Assembly: GCA_036867785.1 (NCBI GenBank)
Contig: CP145411.1
Span: forward strand, 1,178,001-1,242,000
DNA length: 64,000 nucleotides
Reading direction: 5' to 3'
Origin: Plasmodiophora brassicae
Lineage: Eukaryota
Shown here piece after piece: positions 58,111-64,000 of this stretch (the stretch's first letter is position 1; each line of letters opens with the position of its first letter). Under the pieces are notes generated by a model that searched no databases, was not told the origin of the DNA, and saw only the letters and a program-made list of their open reading frames with translations. Both the position numbers and the translations under genes were made by a program.

Positions 58111-61100
58111 TTGTGTACGTCGACGCGTCAGCTGGGGCCGCAGCGCGTTCCACAGGTCCCTGAGGTGGGTGCCGGTGGCCATGGACCCCCGGATCCGGGT
58201 GATCAGTCGGGGCAGGGCGCCCGGGTCGCCACCGGCCGCCGTCCGCCTCCTGACGACGGTCGGGCTGGCGTTGCTGTTGCTGTCCGTATCGCTGGCGCTC
58301 GTGTCCGACCCGCTCATCGACTGGGCGAACAGCGGCCCGGCCGTCGTCGACGCCGGCGACGTCGAGCGGCGGGGTGACGCGGCGGGCAGCAGGTTGATGC
58401 CCTTGCTGGACGGCTTCATCGTGTTCATCAGCGCCACGTACGACATCCACTGGCGGGTGGCGTCCCGGTGCGATGTGGCCAGCAGCAAGCGGATCGGGTC
58501 GATGTGCAACGCCCCGTCCCTGTCGTAGTAGGAGGCGGTGCCCAGGCGCAGCACCGACACGAGGCCGGCGCCAGTCGGCGTCTCCACCGGTTCGACGTCG
58601 ACGTCGCGGGTCGGCATGCGGATCCACAGGGCCAGCCCCTGCCAGGACCCGTCCGACCGGACCACGTTGTGGAACACCTCGATGCTCATCGTGTCGACGT
58701 CGACCCAAACCGATTTCCAGCGCTGCACCGTGCTGCCCAGCAGCAGGCGGGTACGCCTCGACGACGACGACGACGAGGACGACGACGACGAAGCCATCAT
58801 CGACATGGGCCCGGTGAACAGGACGACGCGGTCGTGGCTGGTCAGGTGCTGCCTGGTGATCATCGTGGCGATGTACTTCACCTGGCGGTGGAGGATGCGC
58901 GACCGGACGAACTCCATCAGGAAGACGGTCGAGAAGGTCACGACGGCGGCGGTGACGTCGTCGTGGCGCAGGTCGGGCAGCGACCGCCGATGCGAACGGG
59001 CCGGGGCGGCGACCAGGGCCGGGGCGTGCCGCGGCCGCAGGATGTCGTTCGTGAACAGGCCCTGGAACTGGCGGGCCAGCTGCGTCAGGTGCTCGTCGAT
59101 CGGGTACCCGGTGCGGATCATGTCGTAGGTGAACGTCGGGCCGAACACGGACGCCACCTTCAGGATCATGCGCTGGCAGTGCGTCAGCGAGTCGACCAGC
59201 TCGCCCAGCGTGTTCTGCAACGTGAACGGCACCGGGAACGCCGGCCTGCGACGGAACCCGTCCGAGACGACGACCTGGACGGCCGGCGCCTCCTGGGTCG
59301 CGTCGGCCGGCGCGACGACCAGGCGCAGGTCGCCCCGGCGCTGGGCGCTGTAAACCAGCTCGCGGCAGATCATCGGGTTGCCTCGCGACCGCTCCAGGAC
59401 GGCGTCGACGAGCAGGTCGGGCAGGCGCGTGCACCCCAGCAGGGTGCACATCAGGTCGACGAGGACGCCGTCGGCCAGGCGCGACAGCGTCAGCGTCTGT
59501 GTGGCCGCGTGCGTCACGATGGCGTCCAGCGCGCGGCAGGTCGGCGCCTGCATGGCCAGGCAGGTGGGCGAGCGGACGGCCAGGGCGATCAGCAGGCCGG
59601 GTGGGCGCCGGTCCAGCAGGGCCAGGACGGCGCGGCACGACGCGTCTTCCAGGAGGTGGGCGCTGTCCAAGACGATGGCCAGCGGTTCGCAGCGGGTGAC
59701 GCCCACGACCAGGTCGGCGATCGGGTCGACGAGGACGTCGGACCCGGGGCGATGGTCGACGACGAAGGCGATCAGGTCGGGATGGGCGCCGATGTCCTGC
59801 AGGAAGGCGCGACGGTTGGCGTCCGGGTCGTCCTGCGCGTACCGCGCCAGGGACGAGCGACGCACGATCAGGTCGACGAGCGACGTCAGGCACTGGCGCC
59901 AGGCGAACATGGCGTCGCAGGTCGGCAGGCGCAGCGCCCTGCCGCAGACGACCATGATGGGGGCGTCGCAGATCGTCGAGGCGAACAGGTGCGTCTTGCC
60001 GAGGCCCAGGTCGCCCTGGACGACCAGGCATTGCGGGGCGCCCGTCTGCAGCAGGTCGTGGACCGCATGGGCGATCCGCTGGCGCTCCCGGTGCCTGCCC
60101 TGGTTGATCCGCGACACGTCCTGCTCGGCGACGACCGACGACGTCAGCGCCAGGTCGAGGATGCCGCCCGTGCGGTTCGCGTCCAGGTCGTGGACCACGA
60201 TCGGCAGCACGTCCAGGCGCAGGGCGTCGTCGACGACGATCCGCGACCGTAACGACAGGAACGACAGGGACGCCGGCCCGGGCGACTGGCGCTGGACCTG
60301 CGGCAGGCGCGCCGCCTTCTGCTTGGCGTCGCCGACCAGCGTCACGTCGGTACAATCCAGGTAGACCTACAGCGATGGGGGGCCCCCGCGTTAGCGCACG
60401 TCATTGGCCGTGTGCCGACGACGTGTGGAACGGACCGTGTCGCCGTCGTCGAGCGTGACGTGCAGGCCAAAGACGGCGGATCGGGCCGGGTACGTCTGCG
60501 CCGGCATGGTGGTGGGCGACGGCGCCACCGCCGCCCCGGCGCCCAGAGCGGGCGGCAACGTGAGGTGGAACGGCGCCGGCGCCGGCGACGACGACGTGCC
60601 CGGGCTACAGTGCAACGCGTCGCGGTCGCTGACGAACAGGTTCAGGTGCCTGGGGGAGGGGAACACACCCCCTGTCAGCGGTCGGCCTGCACGGTGTGGG
60701 CCGATCGATGCACACCAACGTACTCGAGCGGGGACCGTCGGTCCGGCCAGGCGTGCCCCTGGGCGAACATGGCCGGGACGAACAGGCGCGTCTGCCGGTG
60801 CTTGCCCTTGACGGTGATCGGGTCCAGCGCCCGGAACGAGATCAGCAGGCGGGTGGCGTAGCGCGTGGCGTTGTCGACGACGACGTGCAGGCGGTGGGCG
60901 GCGGCGTACTGCATGAGGCGGGCGGAGATGTTGACGACGTCGCCCAGCACCGAGTACTCGCGGCGCGTGTTGCCGCCCGTGACGCCGCAGAAGGCGTACC
61001 CGGTCGTGACGCCGCAGTTCACGTCGGCCTGTGTGTGTGTGCGTGTGCACACAACGTGTCGCGGTCAGCGCCTCCTGTTCCGCCTGCGCCCACCCAGCGG

Positions 61101-62426
61101 ACGAACCTTCATGGCGGGCAGCGCCCCGCAGAGGCACAGGGCGGCGACGACGCCGCGCAGCGAGTCGTTGGCGTGCGCCGACGGCAGCAGGCCGAAGACG
61201 GCCAGCACGGTCAGGCCCTTGTCGTCGAACAGGAACTTGTTGACGGCGCCGCCATTGTCGAGGACGGCCCGCTGCACCGTCTCCATGACCTGGGGGAGGG
61301 GGCGAACGCGGTCAGGGGCGGGTGCCTCGGTCGCGGATCCGATCCTGCCCGACCCGCTGCAGACGCGCCAGGCCGGTGCCGGTGCCGACGTGCGCCTCGA
61401 CGGCCGGGTCGACGGTGGTGTGCGCGAACAGGACCGTCACCTTGCGGATCTCGGACGCCCAGCGCTCCTCGAGCTCGCCGACGAACGGCAGCACGCCCAG
61501 CGGCACGTACCGCTGGAGCAGGGCGGACAGGTCGGCGGGGCTGTCCACGCCCGCCACGAGCTCGTTGGCGGTCGCCATCGACGAGGCGATACCTCGTTTG
61601 GACAGCGGGTCACGGCACGACCGAAGCTCGACGCCGACGACCGGGCCGCTGGGCGTCGTCGGGCGCGGCCGACCCGTCCGGAAGTGGGGCTCGACCAGGG
61701 CGGCCGCCTGCAGCGACACGACAACCTGCAGAGGCAGGTCAGCGAAACCCTGAAGCGCGCGCCCGGGCGGGCGGATGTCAGGCGGCGTACCTGTCCGGGG
61801 TCGGCCACGTTCTCGCAGGTGAACGCCTGGGCCAGCGGGGACCCGATCGCCAGGTACTCGGTGCGCTGCTCGACGCCGCCGACGTGGACGATGTCGACAT
61901 CGCCGACGCCGATGCCGATCTTGAGCGACAGCTCGTAGAGGTTGGCGGCGCCCGAGTCCTGCAGGGTCAGGCCATGCAGGTGGCGCTGGATGTCCAGCGC
62001 GCACTGGCAGGACCGGCGCGCCAGCACGCCCAGCGTGTCGCCCGTGTCGGGCCAGACGACGATGACGGCGTCGCCGGCGAACTTGAAGACGTCGCCGCCG
62101 TGCCTGGCGACGACCTTGACCAGGATGCCAAAGTACGCCTTGACGATGCGGGCCAGGTCCTCGATGCCGTTATGCGTTTCGCCCAGCTGCTCGCACATGG
62201 CCGTGTACCCGCTGATGTCGGCGAACAGGACCGCCGTCGTCAGCCGGTGACGAGCGGGCAGCGACAGCGGCACCGGGTCCGAGCAGTGCCCGGCCAGGAA
62301 CTGGACGACCACCGACGGGATGTACGAGCACAGGTTGATCAGCGACGCCGACGACAGCGGGACGGGCCCCGGCGCTCGCCTGCTGCTGTCGTCGCGACGA
62401 TACCTGCCGCCGCCGTCGTCTGTCAT
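58108..62426 (-). CDS. Soluble adenylyl cyclase (ADCY10-like): two class III cyclase domains + STAND P-loop NTPase, with putative Ubl/RA insert and C-terminal PH domain
   Basis: C1 VLFADISGYT and GGDVFKFAGDA; C2 VNKFLFDDKG and RREYSVLGDVVNISARLM; Walker A GDLGLGKT; LDSAH; RSRGNP; LKVASVFG. Confidence 0.9.
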
Positions 62427-62573
62427 CCCTGCTGATGGGCGCCCTGCACCGCACGAGCATGCGCGCGCCGGATCCCGACGATGCCCCACTGGCCGGGTCG
62501 TATCTACGACGATCAGCGGTACCTGGAACGTACCCGCCACACGACCTACATAGGCAGGTGACCGGGTTGTATT

Positions 62574-64000
62574 AGGCGGGGAACTCCATCTTCTTCAGGA
62601 AGTCGTCGATCGCGGCGCCCGGCTTGCTGCCGGCGACGCTGGCCTCCCGCGGGTCGTCGGCGTCCTTGCCCTTGAGGTCGTCGGCGACCTCCTTGGCGAT
62701 CACCTCGGACAGGCGAGCGGACGGCTCCCTGGCCCTGTACGCGTAGTCGATCACGTAGTCGGGGCGCAGGTCCTTGATCTTGGCCTCGAAGGCGGCCGCC
62801 ATGGATTCGGCCCGGACTGTCAGCACCCCGCCCCCCGATCAGTACTGTGGGACACAGGCGGTCGTGGGGCGCGCCGCCTACTGCATCGATTGCCGAGGAC
62901 GACAACGTTGCGTTTCAGGGACGCGTTCTTCTGCTCCAGCAGGTCGACCTTGGTCTCCAGGGTGCGGATCTGCTCGCGCGCCTCGGCGTTCTTGGCGGTC
63001 AGCGCCTCCGTGTGCTGTTGCCGGCGCGCGATCTCCATGACCTTCGTCTGCAGATCCGTCCGGGTCCAGTTCAGGTCGGTCCGCATCTACAGACGTGTGG
63101 CGAGACGCAGTCAGCCGCCCACACGCGCTGCCAGACGCATGGCCCGCAGCAGTGTGACCTGTCGAAGGATCTGGCTCTCCAGCTTGAGGCTGTCCAGGGC
63201 GGCCGTGTCGTGCTGGGCGGTGGACCGGCGACGACCCCGAGCCGAACGTGCCGGGCTAGCCGCCGTCGTTACGCTCGGCAGAGTGACGTCGAGCTGGCCA
63301 CGCGCCTTCATTGCTGGGCGGACAATCGATCAGGCGAAACAGCAGGCGGTACGCGCCGTGCGAAACACCTTCGACCCTGGAGGCCCATCCCTCGAAGCGC
63401 TTGTCGTTGATGAGCCGGTCCTTCTGCGTCGCTTGGATTTGCCGTTTCAGATCGGCGTTCAGTGCGATCTGTTTCTGCAGGTCGCCCTTGACGGTGTCCA
63501 GCTGCTCCTGGGCGCTGCGAAGGGCGGTCTCGGTTCTGATGCGCCCGTGCAGGGCGTCGGCCAGCTCCCGAGCCACATCCGATTTGCTGGTTCGAGCAAC
63601 CACCAACTGCACGGGCCGGGCCATGATCAGCACAGCCGCCGAGCAGTACAACTTGACAAACGAGGGGACGCAACCTGCTGTTTCAGAGCCAGCAGGCCGG
63701 ACTTGGCGTCGGCGATGTCGGCGCGTCGGCTGAACTCGCTCTCGACGAGGGCCCTGTCCTTGGCAAGCGATTTCGTCGCTGTCGCCTGCATGCGCTGCGA
63801 TTGCAACCGGTGCTCGGCGCGTACTTCACTGATCTCCGTTAAGATCTCATTGTCGCGCGACTCCTGCCGGCGCTGGTTCGTCTCCGCTCGCCGCACCTGC
63901 GCCCGTCTCAAACAAGGCGAACTGGTTGCGACGAGCACGCGTACCCGGGCGTTGGCCATTTGCAACTCGGCGACAGCCCGGTCGCGCTCCTGCTCCCACT
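62574..64000 (-). CDS. Coiled-coil protein, 3' part (multi-exon; 5' end beyond the window)
   Basis: Successive heptad-rich exons in ORFs 63627-63965, 63256-63651, 62820-63086 and 62572-62826, ending ...FLKKMEFPA*. Confidence 0.7.

Noticed and set aside
58004-62435. 783-aa, 594-aa and 579-aa ORFs overlapping the cyclase gene
   Set aside because: Arg/Pro/Gly-rich off-frame or antisense shadows of the cyclase exons.

Overview
Gene-dense, GC-rich eukaryotic nuclear DNA with many short (about 50-70 nt) GT-AG introns and very short intergenic spacers. The gene content (IFT140, an Sfi1-like protein, mitochondrial HslV, 7TM-RGS, a GT60 GlcNAc-transferase, expanded 7TM families) points to a flagellated protist. 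Its style resembles a plasmodiophorid such as Plasmodiophora brassicae, but this is inference and was not verified. About 33 protein-coding genes are supported. Well-recognised ones are GPR89, FEX, ALADIN, ARPC2, HslV, DP, DENND6, RAB5IF, SRP68, GalE, USP, AP2S1, IFT140, an enoyl-CoA hydratase, two tandem MFS transporters, 7TM-RGS, a sphingomyelinase-like EEP enzyme and an ADCY10-like cyclase. The most unusual items are: (1) a soluble adenylyl cyclase that appears to read cyclase-cyclase-Ubl/RA-STAND NTPase-PH; (2) two paralogous signal peptide + PA-like ectodomain + 7TM receptor candidates; (3) an intronless, secreted, beta-rich protein of about 790 aa with unknown function; (4) an asymmetrically diverged MFS duplication with a possible hAT relic between the copies; (5) paralogous C2H2 factors with matching recognition helices. 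I recognised no tRNA, rRNA or CRISPR array. Exon boundaries were inferred by eye, so coordinates of multi-exon genes are gene spans and some ends are approximate.
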